From positions 1,211-65,210 of the forward strand of contig JBGVIW010000050.1 in assembly GCA_045128995.1 (NCBI GenBank): a stretch of DNA of 64,000 nucleotides, read 5' to 3'. Numbering within the stretch: position 1 is the stretch's first letter; every line of letters begins with the position of its first letter. Origin of the DNA: Ruminococcus sp. (GTDB lineage Bacteria; Bacillota; Clostridia; Oscillospirales; Ruminococcaceae). A model generated the notes under the pieces. The model made no database searches. It was not told the origin of the DNA and saw only the letters and a program-made list of their open reading frames with translations. Shown piece by piece: positions 47,996 through 57,899 of this stretch. The translations under genes were made by a program, and so were the position numbers.

Positions 47996-49306
47996 ATGGG
48001 TTTAATTAAAGCTGCTGCCGGCGCTATCGGCGGCGTTCTCGCAGATTCATGGCTCGATTTTATCGAGGCTGACGAAATGGGGCCTACTACCGCTATGGTA
48101 AGAGGCGTTCAGGTCAATAACAAAAGAAGCAGCAATACTAAAAGTACTGCTGATTACGTTTCAAACGGCTCTAGGATCGTTGTCGGTCAGAACCAGATGA
48201 TGATCCTTGTAGACGGCGGAAGAATCGCTGACTACTGCGCTGAGCCGGGCTATTATGAGGTTTTCTTCTCCTCTGCTCCGTCTCTCTTTAACGGCGAGTT
48301 CAAGGATACTCTCAAGGATACATGGAACCGCTTTAAGTTCGGCGGTCAGCCCTCATCTAAGCAGGAGATCTACTTCATCAACCTTCAGGAGCTTAAGGGT
48401 ATCCGCTTCGGTACCAGAAACGCTCTCAACTACTTCGATAATTTCTATAATGCTGAGCTTAATGTCCGCTGCCATGGTACTTATTCCGTTAAGATCACCG
48501 ATCCGCTTAAGTTCTATCAGGAGGCTTGCCCCAGAAATGCAAGCAGGGTAGACCTCAACAGCTGCGGCGATCAGTACCTTATGGAATTCACTCAGGCACT
48601 CCAGACTTCTATCTCTCAGATGTCCGTCGACGGAAAGAGAATCTCTCACCTCAATGCTGAGACTATGGCGCTCTCTAAATATCTCGCTGACGCTCTCGAT
48701 GACCAGTGGAAGGGTCTGCGTGGTATGGAGATCTGCTCTGTGGCTCTCGCTACCATCTCCTACGACGAGGAAAGCCAGAAGCTTATCAATATGCGCAACC
48801 AGGGCGCTATGCTCGGCGATCCTACTGTTCGTGAGGGATATATGCAGGGCGCTATCGCTAGAGGTCTTGAGGCTGCCGGCTCAAACAGCGCTGGCGCTGC
48901 TCAGGCTTTCATGGGCATGGGTATGGGTATGCAGGGCGCAGGCGGCTTTATGCAGAGCGCTTCCGCTGCTAATATGCAGCAGATGCAGATGCAGCAGCAG
49001 GCTCAGCAGGCAGCTCAGGCTCAGGCTCAGGCGGCTCAGCAGGCTAACTCTCAGGCTGGCGGCTGGAGCTGTTCCTGCGGCAAGTCCGGAAACACAGGCA
49101 ATTTCTGCGAAAACTGCGGTTCAAAGAAGCCTGCTCCTCAGGCTCCTGCCGGCGCTTGGAACTGCTCATGCGGTCAGACTGGCAATAAGGGTAATTTCTG
49201 CCAGGGATGCGGCGCTAAAAAGCCTTCCGCTGACTGGAAATGCTCATGCGGCAGTGTGAATAAGGGCAAGTTCTGCGAAAACTGCGGTTCAAAAAGACCC
49301 GAATAA
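47996..49306 (+). CDS. SPFH-domain (YdjI / virion-core-like) protein with C-terminal zinc ribbons
   Basis: SNGSRIVV, FNRFKFGG, GIRFGT; Q/A-rich linker; three WxCxCG..FCxxCG repeats. Confidence 0.88.
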   Translation: MGLIKAAAGAIGGVLADSWLDFIEADEMGPTTAMVRGVQVNNKRSSNTKSTADYVSNGSRIVVGQNQMMILVDGGRIADYCAEPGYYEVFFSSAPSLFNGEFKDTLKDTWNRFKFGGQPSSKQEIYFINLQELKGIRFGTRNALNYFDNFYNAELNVRCHGTYSVKITDPLKFYQEACPRNASRVDLNSCGDQYLMEFTQALQTSISQMSVDGKRISHLNAETMALSKYLADALDDQWKGLRGMEICSVALATISYDEESQKLINMRNQGAMLGDPTVREGYMQGAIARGLEAAGSNSAGAAQAFMGMGMGMQGAGGFMQSASAANMQQMQMQQQAQQAAQAQAQAAQQANSQAGGWSCSCGKSGNTGNFCENCGSKKPAPQAPAGAWNCSCGQTGNKGNFCQGCGAKKPSADWKCSCGSVNKGKFCENCGSKRPE

Positions 49307-49431
49307 TTACTGATGCAAAGCGTGCAGCGAGACACCTCATCCGCCGCACGCTTTAAGGCAATACCGCACAAAGCTTGTGCGGTATTGCCTTAACATGATA
49401 TATCGATATTTACGATTGGAGTGATATATAA

Positions 49432-50490
49432 TTGGAAGCTGTACAGTATAAATGCCCCAATTGCGGCGGCGAGCTTCAGTTTAAACCCGAGAACCAGAAC
49501 TTCGGCTGCGATTACTGCTTAAGCTCCTTTACTGAGGAGGAGATAAAGGCTGTCTGCGCTAAGGCGGAGAACAGCATCCCTGCTGATGACGGCAGAGCTG
49601 AGGTCGAGAAGGAGTTTTCTGAACATACCAATATCTACCACTGCGGAAGCTGCGGCGCTGAGATAATGTGCGACGAAAACAGAACTGCTGATTTCTGCTA
49701 CTACTGCCATGAGCCGGTTATCCTCTCAGGTAAAATGTCCGGAGATTTTACTCCGAATAAAGTCATCGGATTTAAACTTACCCGTGATGACGCTGTCAAC
49801 CTCTTCAAAAAATGGTGCGGTAAAAGATGGTTCGTCCCAAGCGGCTTCAAGTCTAATAAACAGCTCGAAAAACTCACCGGACTCTATGTTCCGTTCTGGG
49901 TGGCTGACTGCGGCATGAAGGTGGATTATTCCGCTTCTGCTCAGAAGAGACGCTCTTGGACATCCGGCGGATACCGCTATACGGAGATCAAGGAGTACGA
50001 GATCATACGTAAGGCGGATATCTCTGCTGAGGGTATCCCTGCCGACGGCGAAAGCAAGATCGATGACCTCCTTATGGAATCTATCGAACCGTTCGACTAC
50101 TCCCAGGCTAAGGACTTCTCGATGTCCTACCTCAGCGGCTTCTATGCTGATAAATATGACGTCGACAAGGCTGCTGTTTTCCCGAGGATCAAAAACCGTG
50201 CCGCTGATGCTGCAAGAAATGTCATCAATCAGAGCATAAGCGGCTATACCACCGTTGTTCCTCGCTATGAGGACTACAAGATCCTGAACACCGACTGGCA
50301 GTATATGCTCCTTCCGGTATGGTTCATGACTTACAAGTATAACGGTCAGATCTATTCCTTCGCTGTCAACGGTCAGACCGGAAAGCTCGCCGGTACGCCT
50401 CCGCTCGATAAGTTCAAGCTCCTGCTCGCCAGCCTTGGCGCTGGTCTGCTGACTGCGCTTATCGTATTCCTGATCATGGGGGTGCTGTAA
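49432..50490 (+). CDS. Zinc-ribbon membrane protein (YdjG-like)
   Basis: YKCPNCG, CDYC, CGSCGA, CYYC, LYVPFW, LLPVW, VNGQTGK. Confidence 0.82.
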   Translation: MEAVQYKCPNCGGELQFKPENQNFGCDYCLSSFTEEEIKAVCAKAENSIPADDGRAEVEKEFSEHTNIYHCGSCGAEIMCDENRTADFCYYCHEPVILSGKMSGDFTPNKVIGFKLTRDDAVNLFKKWCGKRWFVPSGFKSNKQLEKLTGLYVPFWVADCGMKVDYSASAQKRRSWTSGGYRYTEIKEYEIIRKADISAEGIPADGESKIDDLLMESIEPFDYSQAKDFSMSYLSGFYADKYDVDKAAVFPRIKNRAADAARNVINQSISGYTTVVPRYEDYKILNTDWQYMLLPVWFMTYKYNGQIYSFAVNGQTGKLAGTPPLDKFKLLLASLGAGLLTALIVFLIMGVL

Positions 50491-50491
50491 T

Positions 50492-51391
50492 ATGAAGAAT
50501 ATCTTAAAATCTATATTCTCCGCCGTTTCATGCGCTCTTGTCATGGGATGCAGTACGATCGGAGCTTTTGCCGCAGTGGATAATTCTGCTGCCGGATTCG
50601 ACGGCGATACCTCAAACTGCGGAGTTTATGACCACAAGGGTCTCTTCGATCCCGATGAGCTTGAGACTCTCGACCAAAAGGTTCGTGAGGTTTCTGATGA
50701 GCTTGATATGTATATCGCCATCTACCTCAGCGATGACGCTATGAGCGAGTATCAGACCGAGGTTTTCGCTGATGAAGAATATGAATACCTCTTCGGCGAG
50801 GATACCGACGGCGTTTTATACTATATGGATCTCTCCGAACAGTACAGCGCCTATGACTACATATCTACCAGCGGCAAGGCTATCGTTCTTTATCAGGATT
50901 CTATCGATGATATGCTCGAGGAGATATTTGATTATCTTCCCGCTTCGGGCGAGACGATCTATTCAAGCGATATCGAAAGAGGCATCGAGGAGATCCTCAG
51001 CGTGCTTCAGGACTACGGCGACGCTGAGCCGGGTATGTTTGACTATTACTACGATGAGAACACTGACAAGTATATCTACTACGATAACGGTCAGGTCGTC
51101 GTTTCTCCATCAAAACCGCTTGGCGCATGGCTCAAGGGTCTGCTTTTCGCTATTCCGATAGGTTTTATCGTTTTCCTGCTTGTTTACTTCATCACAAAAA
51201 GTCACTACAAGTTCAAAAACAGCTGCAATCCTTCTGTTTATATCCAGCACGAGGATACCGTTTTCTCCCAGCGTGAGGACAGATACATCCGTACCCGCAC
51301 AACAAGAACTAAGATCCAGTCCAGCAGCGGCGGTGGCGGTGGCGGAAGAAGCGGCGGCGGTTCCCATGGCGGCGGCGGCGGCCATAGATAA
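50492..51391 (+). CDS. TPM-domain protein (YdjH-like) with Gly-rich tail
   Basis: VYDHKGLFD, DGVLYYMD, TM segment, SSSGGGGGG..HGGGGGHR. Confidence 0.88.
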   Translation: MKNILKSIFSAVSCALVMGCSTIGAFAAVDNSAAGFDGDTSNCGVYDHKGLFDPDELETLDQKVREVSDELDMYIAIYLSDDAMSEYQTEVFADEEYEYLFGEDTDGVLYYMDLSEQYSAYDYISTSGKAIVLYQDSIDDMLEEIFDYLPASGETIYSSDIERGIEEILSVLQDYGDAEPGMFDYYYDENTDKYIYYDNGQVVVSPSKPLGAWLKGLLFAIPIGFIVFLLVYFITKSHYKFKNSCNPSVYIQHEDTVFSQREDRYIRTRTTRTKIQSSSGGGGGGRSGGGSHGGGGGHR

Positions 51392-51445
51392 GCTCTGCTG
51401 CACACTCTGCCCTATCTTTATCAAAAATCAATCGGAGATGATTTT

Positions 51446-52042
51446 ATGAAATTTTGTCCTTCCTGCGGAAAACAGCTTAATGATGAGGTTCGTTTCTGCA
51501 ATTCCTGCGGGGCACCGCAGCAAAATAAACCTTCTCCTCAGAATCAGCCGTTTCCACTTAACAATTCCCAGCATGGTTTCGCTTCATTCAGTTATAATAC
51601 TGCCGCTTTCGCAATGCAGCTCGTCAGCATCGGTATTTTGATAGCATTCATTTTTATAACCTACTTTCTTGGTACCGAGGTAGCTGAAAATGAAGTGCGC
51701 AGTCAAGGTTTTTATTACGACCGTAAATCAATGGATTATTACGAGAATATCATTACTGCCATTTGCGTTATGATGGCTCTCGCCGTTGTTATTGTTATCA
51801 TCACTACCATCGCTATCGCTCGCAACAAGCTTACACTTACTGATACCGGAATCTCCGGCGAATCGTATGTCTATATGTGGAATAAAAAGTTCGATATCCC
51901 TTATAATGACATCTTAAGCGTTAAGCACCGCGCTACTCGCCTTATTATCAAAACTAATCAGGGCACCTGCCGATGCTATATCAATAATATCAATCAGGCT
52001 AAAACTATGATCGAAACCCGTATTGGTAACGGAATATATTAA
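51446..52042 (+). CDS. Zinc-ribbon membrane protein
   Basis: MKFCPSCG..FCNSCG; two TM segments. Confidence 0.8.
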   Translation: MKFCPSCGKQLNDEVRFCNSCGAPQQNKPSPQNQPFPLNNSQHGFASFSYNTAAFAMQLVSIGILIAFIFITYFLGTEVAENEVRSQGFYYDRKSMDYYENIITAICVMMALAVVIVIITTIAIARNKLTLTDTGISGESYVYMWNKKFDIPYNDILSVKHRATRLIIKTNQGTCRCYINNINQAKTMIETRIGNGIY

Positions 52043-52049
52043 AATAACA

Positions 52050-52356
52050 AACCTCCCGATTAAGGGGAGATATTCTTATTGGAACTTTATACGTATTTAT
52101 CGGGGGAAACCTTTCTGAGGAAAGGTTCTCCCCCGAACCCCTTTCCAAAGACTTTTATACAAATTTCAGCCTGACAGGGCACACTGAATTCAGTGAATGA
52201 GAAATCTTTATTATTTCTCAGTGTGCCCTGTCAGGCTGAAATTTAATACGAAAGTTTTAGGAAAGGAGTTTGAGGAAGAACCCTTTTTCAAAAGGGTTTT
52301 CCTCAATAATACACGTAAAAACTCCTATAAGAATATCTCCTCTTAATTGGGAGGTT
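52050..52356 (-). repeat. REPIN-like copy C (52101-52308, inverted relative to B) nested inside an outer ~50-bp imperfect inverted repeat
   Basis: Inner part is the reverse complement of copy B with the same 24-bp central arms; outer arms AACCTCCCGATTAAGGGGAGATATTCTTAT / ATAAGAATATCTCCTCTTAATTGGGAGGTT. Confidence 0.85.
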
Positions 52357-52370
52357 ATATATTAATGCGA

Positions 52371-52904
52371 TCAGCTGTTCATTCCAAGCTCGATTGCTTT
52401 GAAGTTATTAGCGATGAGCTGAGCCTTTGCAGGCGGAACTACCTTTTCGATAGCCTTCTTCATTGTGTCGAGTGTAAAGATTCCGGACTCCTTGAGAAGC
52501 TTTCCGAGGAGGATGATATTTGAGCCGCCCTTGAGCTGATTGTCGTCAGCAAGCTGTGAGGACGGGATCGTGAAGAGCTTGATATCATCTCTTTTGCACT
52601 CAGATGTGTCGATGAGTGTGCTGTCGGCAAGGATCATTCCGCCGGGCTTTACTGCATCAACGAACTTGTCAAATGAGGGCTGGTTCATTGCGATGAGGAT
52701 ATCTGGTGCAAGTACAAGCGGTGAGCCGATGGGCTGGTCGGAGATACATACGGAGCAGTTTGCTGTACCGCCTCTCATCTCCGGGCCGTAGGAAGGAAGC
52801 CATGAAAGCTCCTTTGAATCCATCAGTCCGCAGTATGCGAGAATTTTTCCGGCGAAGAGGACTCCCTGTCCTCCGAAGCCTGCAAGAAGAATTTCAGTAG
52901 TCAT
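52371..52904 (-). CDS. 2-oxoacid:ferredoxin oxidoreductase gamma subunit
   Basis: AGFGGQG, SYGPEMRGGTA. Confidence 0.93.
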   Translation of the reverse strand: MTTEILLAGFGGQGVLFAGKILAYCGLMDSKELSWLPSYGPEMRGGTANCSVCISDQPIGSPLVLAPDILIAMNQPSFDKFVDAVKPGGMILADSTLIDTSECKRDDIKLFTIPSSQLADDNQLKGGSNIILLGKLLKESGIFTLDTMKKAIEKVVPPAKAQLIANNFKAIELGMNS

Positions 52905-52905
52905 A

Positions 52906-53664
52906 TTACTTGCTTACCTCCTCATCTGCTGTTGTGTCCTTATAGATTCCAAGCGGATAGTAGGGGATCATCTCGTCCTGAAGTCGCTTGATAGCCTCAA
53001 CCGGTGTAAGTCCCCAGTTTGTAGGACAGGTTGAGAGTACTTCTACGATTGAGAAGCCCTTTCCAGCCTTCTGTGTCTCGAAAGCCTTGCGGATAGCCTT
53101 CTTTGCCTCACGGATATGGGGCACGCTGTCTACTGCTACACGGTGAGCGTATGCTGTTCCGGTGAGCGTTGAGAGCATCTCGCACACACGCACGGGATAG
53201 CCTGCAAGCTTTGGATCACGTCCGAACGGTGTTGTCTGGGTTACCTGTCCGGGAAGTGTTGTCGGAGCCATCTGTCCGCCTGTCATTCCGTAGATCGTGT
53301 TGTTGATGAAGATAACAACGATATTCTCGCCTCTTGTTGCGCTGTGAACTGTCTCACAGGTTCCGATTGCAGCGAGGTCGCCGTCGCCCTGATATGTGAA
53401 CACGAACTTGTCGGGATTTGTTCTTTTTACACCTGTTGCAACTGCCGGTGCTCTTCCGTGGGGAGCCTCGATCATATCGCAGCCGAAGTAATCATATGCC
53501 ATTACTGAGCAGCCTACGGGGCATACGCCTACTGCATCGCCGGCGATGTCCATCTCATCGAGAACCTCGCAGAGAATTCTGTGAACGATTCCGTGAGTGC
53601 ATCCGGGACAGTAATGTGTATTTACGTCCAGCAGGGACTTGGGTCTTTCAAAAACTACTGCCAT
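52906..53664 (-). CDS. 2-oxoacid:ferredoxin oxidoreductase beta (TPP-binding) subunit
   Basis: YCPGCTHG, HGRAPAVATG, QGDGD, NN.IYGMTGGQ; start reassigned to ATG 53664. Confidence 0.93.
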   Translation of the reverse strand: MAVVFERPKSLLDVNTHYCPGCTHGIVHRILCEVLDEMDIAGDAVGVCPVGCSVMAYDYFGCDMIEAPHGRAPAVATGVKRTNPDKFVFTYQGDGDLAAIGTCETVHSATRGENIVVIFINNTIYGMTGGQMAPTTLPGQVTQTTPFGRDPKLAGYPVRVCEMLSTLTGTAYAHRVAVDSVPHIREAKKAIRKAFETQKAGKGFSIVEVLSTCPTNWGLTPVEAIKRLQDEMIPYYPLGIYKDTTADEEVSK

Positions 53665-54728
53665 TACTGAGCACCTCCTAATTTCTTGATCTCCTCGAGC
53701 ACCTCTGCGGGTGTAGGAATCACGCCGCCTGTTCTTCCGAAGAATTCGACAGGCTTTGAGCAGTTGGTCGCAAGCTTTACGTCGTCGATCATCTGTCCCA
53801 TTGACATCTCTACGTCGAGGATGACTGATGCTGTCTTGCAAGCCTCGTTGAGTTCCTTTACTGGGAACGGCCAGAGTGTCTTAGGACGGAAGAGTCCTGC
53901 CTTTATTCCAAGCTCTCTTGCGGAGTTTACTGCTGATTTTACGACTCTTGCTGTTGCGCCGTATGCGCAGAGAAGGATATCGCAGTCCTCTGTGAGGTAA
54001 AGCTCTGCATCTGTTTCCTCTTCCTCGATCTTCTTATATCTCTCATAGCGCTCCTTAACTGACTTCTCAAGCTGGTCAGGCTGGAGGTAGAGTGAGTTGA
54101 TAACGTGATGCTCACGCTTGTTCTTGTGGCCGTCTGCTGCCCATGAGCTTTTATCGTACGCATTTGCGCTGATCTCGGGGAAGCTTACAGGCTCCATCAT
54201 CTGTCCGAGAAGTCCGTCTGCGAGGATCATTGCAGGCATTCTGTACTTATCTGCACTGTCGAAAGCCTTTGATACCATGTCCACCATTTCCTGTACGGAT
54301 GCCGGTGCAAATACGAGAAGTCTGAAGTCACCGTGACCTACTGACTTTGTTGCCTGCCAGTAGTCAGCCTGTGAGGGCTGGATTCCTCCGAGTCCGGGGC
54401 CTCCTCTCTGTACATTGATGATTACAGCCGGAAGATCTGATCCTGCTATGTATGAGATTCCCTCTGCCTTGAGTGAGATTCCGGGCGAGGAGGATGATGT
54501 CATTGCACGTACGCCTGTTGATGCAGCTCCAAGTACCATATTGATCGCTGCGATCTCTGACTCAGCCTGGAGGAACACGCCTCCTGCCTTATGCATTCTC
54601 TTTGCCATATATGCGGCAAGCTCTGTCTGGGGTGTGATAGGATATCCGAAGAAGCACTTGCAGCCTGCACGGATCGCAGCCTCGGCGAGAGCCTCGTTAC
54701 CCTTCATAAGATTTCTTTCCAAAGCCAT
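53664..54728 (-). CDS. vorB: 2-oxoacid:ferredoxin oxidoreductase alpha subunit (VorB-like)
   Basis: MKGNEALA, GYPITPQTE, QAESE, RGGPGLG. Confidence 0.92.
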   Translation of the reverse strand: MALERNLMKGNEALAEAAIRAGCKCFFGYPITPQTELAAYMAKRMHKAGGVFLQAESEIAAINMVLGAASTGVRAMTSSSSPGISLKAEGISYIAGSDLPAVIINVQRGGPGLGGIQPSQADYWQATKSVGHGDFRLLVFAPASVQEMVDMVSKAFDSADKYRMPAMILADGLLGQMMEPVSFPEISANAYDKSSWAADGHKNKREHHVINSLYLQPDQLEKSVKERYERYKKIEEEETDAELYLTEDCDILLCAYGATARVVKSAVNSARELGIKAGLFRPKTLWPFPVKELNEACKTASVILDVEMSMGQMIDDVKLATNCSKPVEFFGRTGGVIPTPAEVLEEIKKLGGAQ

Positions 54729-54752
54729 ACAGCTCCTTTCAAATTAAGCTTA

Positions 54753-54959
54753 TTATTTCTCGATGATAATTGCGCAGTCAGGACACATCATTGCGCACAT
54801 TGCGCAGCTGATGCATGACGCTTCGTCTGTACAGACTGCATAGAAATAGCCTTTCTTGTTACGCTTTTCCTTCTGGAGGGAAACGATCTTCTTCGGACAG
54901 GCTGTCGTACAGAGTCCGCATCCCTTGCAGCGTTCGGTGATAACTGTCATCTTTGCCAT
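54753..54959 (-). CDS. 2[4Fe-4S] ferredoxin (delta subunit)
   Basis: CKGCGLCTTACP and CISCAMCAMMCP. Confidence 0.93.
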   Translation of the reverse strand: MAKMTVITERCKGCGLCTTACPKKIVSLQKEKRNKKGYFYAVCTDEASCISCAMCAMMCPDCAIIIEK

Positions 54960-55088
54960 CTGGATTTCTCTCCTTTCCGTATGATCAATATGTGCAATTG
55001 CAGGGGCAAACGGCATTCGTCCGAATAGAGCTTATCGTTTTGAGCAACCGGGCGAATACTGTTCACCCCTGCATAAGTTTAATGTGAT

Positions 55089-55748
55089 TTACTGCTCCCA
55101 CAAGGGCTTTACGTAAACCTTCACGGGATAGATGTCTTTTGCTTCAACTGTGCCGCAAAGTTCCTCCGGACAGGTCGTGCACATAAGCGGAAGTCCTGTC
55201 TTTTCAGCAATCTCATTGGCGAAGCTCTCGGACTGCTTGATGATCTCAGCTGTCGTCTCGCTTCCGAGGTTCGTGTTGTTCACGATCGCAGTATGCTTCA
55301 TTCTTGCTGCTGTCTCGATCTCATACATCAGCTCGAGTGCCTCGTCCGCAGCTTTTGTCAGATAGCGACGCTGGTTTATCACATACAGCATATCAAGCTC
55401 AGCTTCATGCGCAGAGAGTGCCTCTGCAAAACGCCCAAGGGCGAATGCTCCGGCATCATCGCCGCCGACGTCGATTATCAGACTATCCTCCGATGCCGCA
55501 AGCTGCTCAAGGTCAAACTGGAGCGACGGGATATCGAGGTTGCTGTTGGCGTAATCCGGCGCAATGAGCTTTATCCCATTTTCCTCAAAAAGCTGACGGA
55601 AGTCGGCTGTTCTGAAGTACGGGTTAACAATATCGAGGTCGACTACTGTAACTTTTTTTCCATCCTTTGCCGCATTTACCGCAAGGTTCACGGAAAAATT
55701 TGTCTTTCCGCAGCCATAGTGACCAGTGATTATGGTTATTTTTTTCAT
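55089..55748 (-). CDS. P-loop NTPase (MinD/ParA/CobQ-like) upstream of the oxidoreductase operon
   Basis: GHYGCGKT, VDLDIVNPYFR, IDVGGD. Confidence 0.82.
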   Translation of the reverse strand: MKKITIITGHYGCGKTNFSVNLAVNAAKDGKKVTVVDLDIVNPYFRTADFRQLFEENGIKLIAPDYANSNLDIPSLQFDLEQLAASEDSLIIDVGGDDAGAFALGRFAEALSAHEAELDMLYVINQRRYLTKAADEALELMYEIETAARMKHTAIVNNTNLGSETTAEIIKQSESFANEIAEKTGLPLMCTTCPEELCGTVEAKDIYPVKVYVKPLWEQ

Positions 55749-55916
55749 AAAATGTTCCTTTTCAGGTGATATCTTCGATGCACCACTCGCTATTTTACAG
55801 TGCATCTATTTTATTATACCACATTCACAGAAAATTGCAAGAAAAATTTATTTTTACTTCATCAGGGGAGTCAAAAAGAAAAACCTGCCCGAGGGCAGGT
55901 TTTGTTACAGGCGCAA

Positions 55917-56153
55917 TTATTCAGCGTCTGTGTTCTTCTCGATGTAATTAGCGATATCGCCAACAGTCTTGATTTCCTCAACAGCCTCATCGGGGATAGA
56001 GAGATCAAACTCGTCCTCGATTGTTGTGATGAGATCAACGATATCAAGTGAATCAGCGCCGAGATCTTCCTGGATATTAGCTTCCATTGTTACAGCGTCA
56101 GCCTCAACTCCAAGCTGATCTACGATGATATCCTTAAGCTTTTCAAAAATCAT
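55917..56153 (-). CDS. acpP: Acyl carrier protein
   Basis: DLGADSLD phosphopantetheine site. Confidence 0.95.
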   Translation of the reverse strand: MIFEKLKDIIVDQLGVEADAVTMEANIQEDLGADSLDIVDLITTIEDEFDLSIPDEAVEEIKTVGDIANYIEKNTDAE

Positions 56154-56191
56154 CAGATTATCCTCCATTTAAAATTTTATTGATAACGGCA

Positions 56192-57022
56192 TTAGCCGAT
56201 ATTCACATTTTCGGATGGTTCTGTGAACTCACCGATTTTTCTAAATTTAGTATAACGTTCTTTTAGCAAAACGTCAATATCTTTTTGTAATTTTTCTGGT
56301 ATTTTTTGTGACAAATATTCCTTGATATTTTCGGATATTTTGTCTAAATCGTTATGTGCACCTCCGAGAGGCTCTTCGATTATCGCTTCTGCGACGCCCA
56401 GACGCACGAGATCCTCGGCTGTTATCTTCATGATATCGCAGGCTTCCTGCTCACGGGATGCGTCCTTCCAGAGGATACTTGCGAAGCCTCGGGGCGAGAT
56501 CACGGAGTATATCGCATTCTCAAGCATTGCAAGCTCATCGCATACTCCAAGCGCAAGTGCTCCGCCGCTTCCGCCTTCGCCGAGTACTACCGATATTACC
56601 GGTGTGCGCAGCGTCATGAATTCGGCGATATTTCGTGCGATCGCCTCTCCCTGTCCTCGCTCTTCGGCTGCGATTCCGCAGAATGCTCCGGGAGTATCTA
56701 TAAAGCAGATCACCGGTCTGTGGAACTTTTCAGCCTGTCTTGCAAGACGGAGTGCCTTTCTATAGCCTTCGGGATGGGGCATTGCGAAGTTGCACTTCTT
56801 ATTTTCGTTGATATCCCTGCCCTTGACCTCGGCGATAATTGTTACCGGCATCCCGTCGAGTCGGGCTACTCCGCCGATTATTGCTCCGTCGTCTCCGCAG
56901 AGCCTGTCGCCGTGCATCTCGTAGAAATCCGTGAAGATAAGCGGGATATAGTCCATTATCGTGGGACGGTTCTTATGGCGGATAAGACCCAGCCGCTCAA
57001 ATGCAGTTTTTGTATTTTCCAT
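56192..57022 (-). CDS. accA: Acetyl-CoA carboxylase carboxyltransferase alpha
   Basis: PEGYRKALR, FIDTPGA, GEGGSGGALA. Confidence 0.96.
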   Translation of the reverse strand: MENTKTAFERLGLIRHKNRPTIMDYIPLIFTDFYEMHGDRLCGDDGAIIGGVARLDGMPVTIIAEVKGRDINENKKCNFAMPHPEGYRKALRLARQAEKFHRPVICFIDTPGAFCGIAAEERGQGEAIARNIAEFMTLRTPVISVVLGEGGSGGALALGVCDELAMLENAIYSVISPRGFASILWKDASREQEACDIMKITAEDLVRLGVAEAIIEEPLGGAHNDLDKISENIKEYLSQKIPEKLQKDIDVLLKERYTKFRKIGEFTEPSENVNIG

Positions 57023-57037
57023 AAGCCTTCCGCCTCC

Positions 57038-57880
57038 TTATTCAGTATATCCGTGCAGCTTCAGAAGGTGCGAGAGTGTACTTCTCATTTTTCTGCGCTC
57101 CACGATCATATCCACAAAGCCTTTTTCCTGCATGAATTCTGCAAGCTGGAAGTCATCGGGAAGTCTCTGACGGATCGTTCCCTCGATCACTCGCCTTCCG
57201 GCAAAGCCTACCAGCACCTTTGGCTCAGCTATGATTATATCGCCGAGTGATGCAAAGCTTGCTGTTACGCCGCCTGTCGTAGGATCTGTGAGTACTGTTA
57301 TATATAGTCCTCCGCTGTCGCTGTGGAGCTTTACTGCTCCGGAGGTTTTTGCCATCTGCATAAGGGAAACTATTCCCTCCTGCATTCTTGCTCCGCCTGA
57401 GGCGGTAAACATGATGACAGGGAGCTTATGCTCCATTGCATATTCAAACGCCTTTGCGATCTTTTCGCCTACGACGCTTCCCATTGAAGCCATCATATAG
57501 CGTGAGTCCATGACTCCGATCACGACGGACGAGCCTTTTATCTTTGCTGTTCCGGTTACGATAGCATCGCTGAGTCCGGTCTTTTCACGAAGCTCAGACT
57601 GCTTTTCCTCGTAGTCGGGGTAATCAATCGGGTTGCAGCTCATCATGTCTGCGTCAAACTCGGTGAAGCTGCCCTTGTCGACGGTAATGACTATACGTGA
57701 CCTTGCAGTGATCCTTCCGTGATAGTTGCACTCCGGACACACGCAGTTAAGCTCCTCGTATCGCTCAAGCGGAACGGATTCCTGACATCTGGGGCATTTA
57801 AACATCGGCTTCTCAGGAGCCTGCTTATCCTCATCGTCGTTAAAGCGTTTTTTTACTACATTAAAAAAATCTTCAAGCAT
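57038..57880 (-). CDS. accD: Acetyl-CoA carboxylase carboxyltransferase beta
   Basis: KCPRC..CPEC zinc finger, SMGSVVGEK, SGGARMQEG, PTTGGVTASF. Confidence 0.96.
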   Translation of the reverse strand: MLEDFFNVVKKRFNDDEDKQAPEKPMFKCPRCQESVPLERYEELNCVCPECNYHGRITARSRIVITVDKGSFTEFDADMMSCNPIDYPDYEEKQSELREKTGLSDAIVTGTAKIKGSSVVIGVMDSRYMMASMGSVVGEKIAKAFEYAMEHKLPVIMFTASGGARMQEGIVSLMQMAKTSGAVKLHSDSGGLYITVLTDPTTGGVTASFASLGDIIIAEPKVLVGFAGRRVIEGTIRQRLPDDFQLAEFMQEKGFVDMIVERRKMRSTLSHLLKLHGYTE

Positions 57881-57899
57881 TTTTATCTGTCACCGCCGT

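Noticed and set aside
47996-52042. SPFH 'virion core' / zinc-ribbon / TPM cluster as a viral or novel system
   Set aside because: Matches the widespread ydjGHI-like envelope-stress cluster; host-like codon usage.
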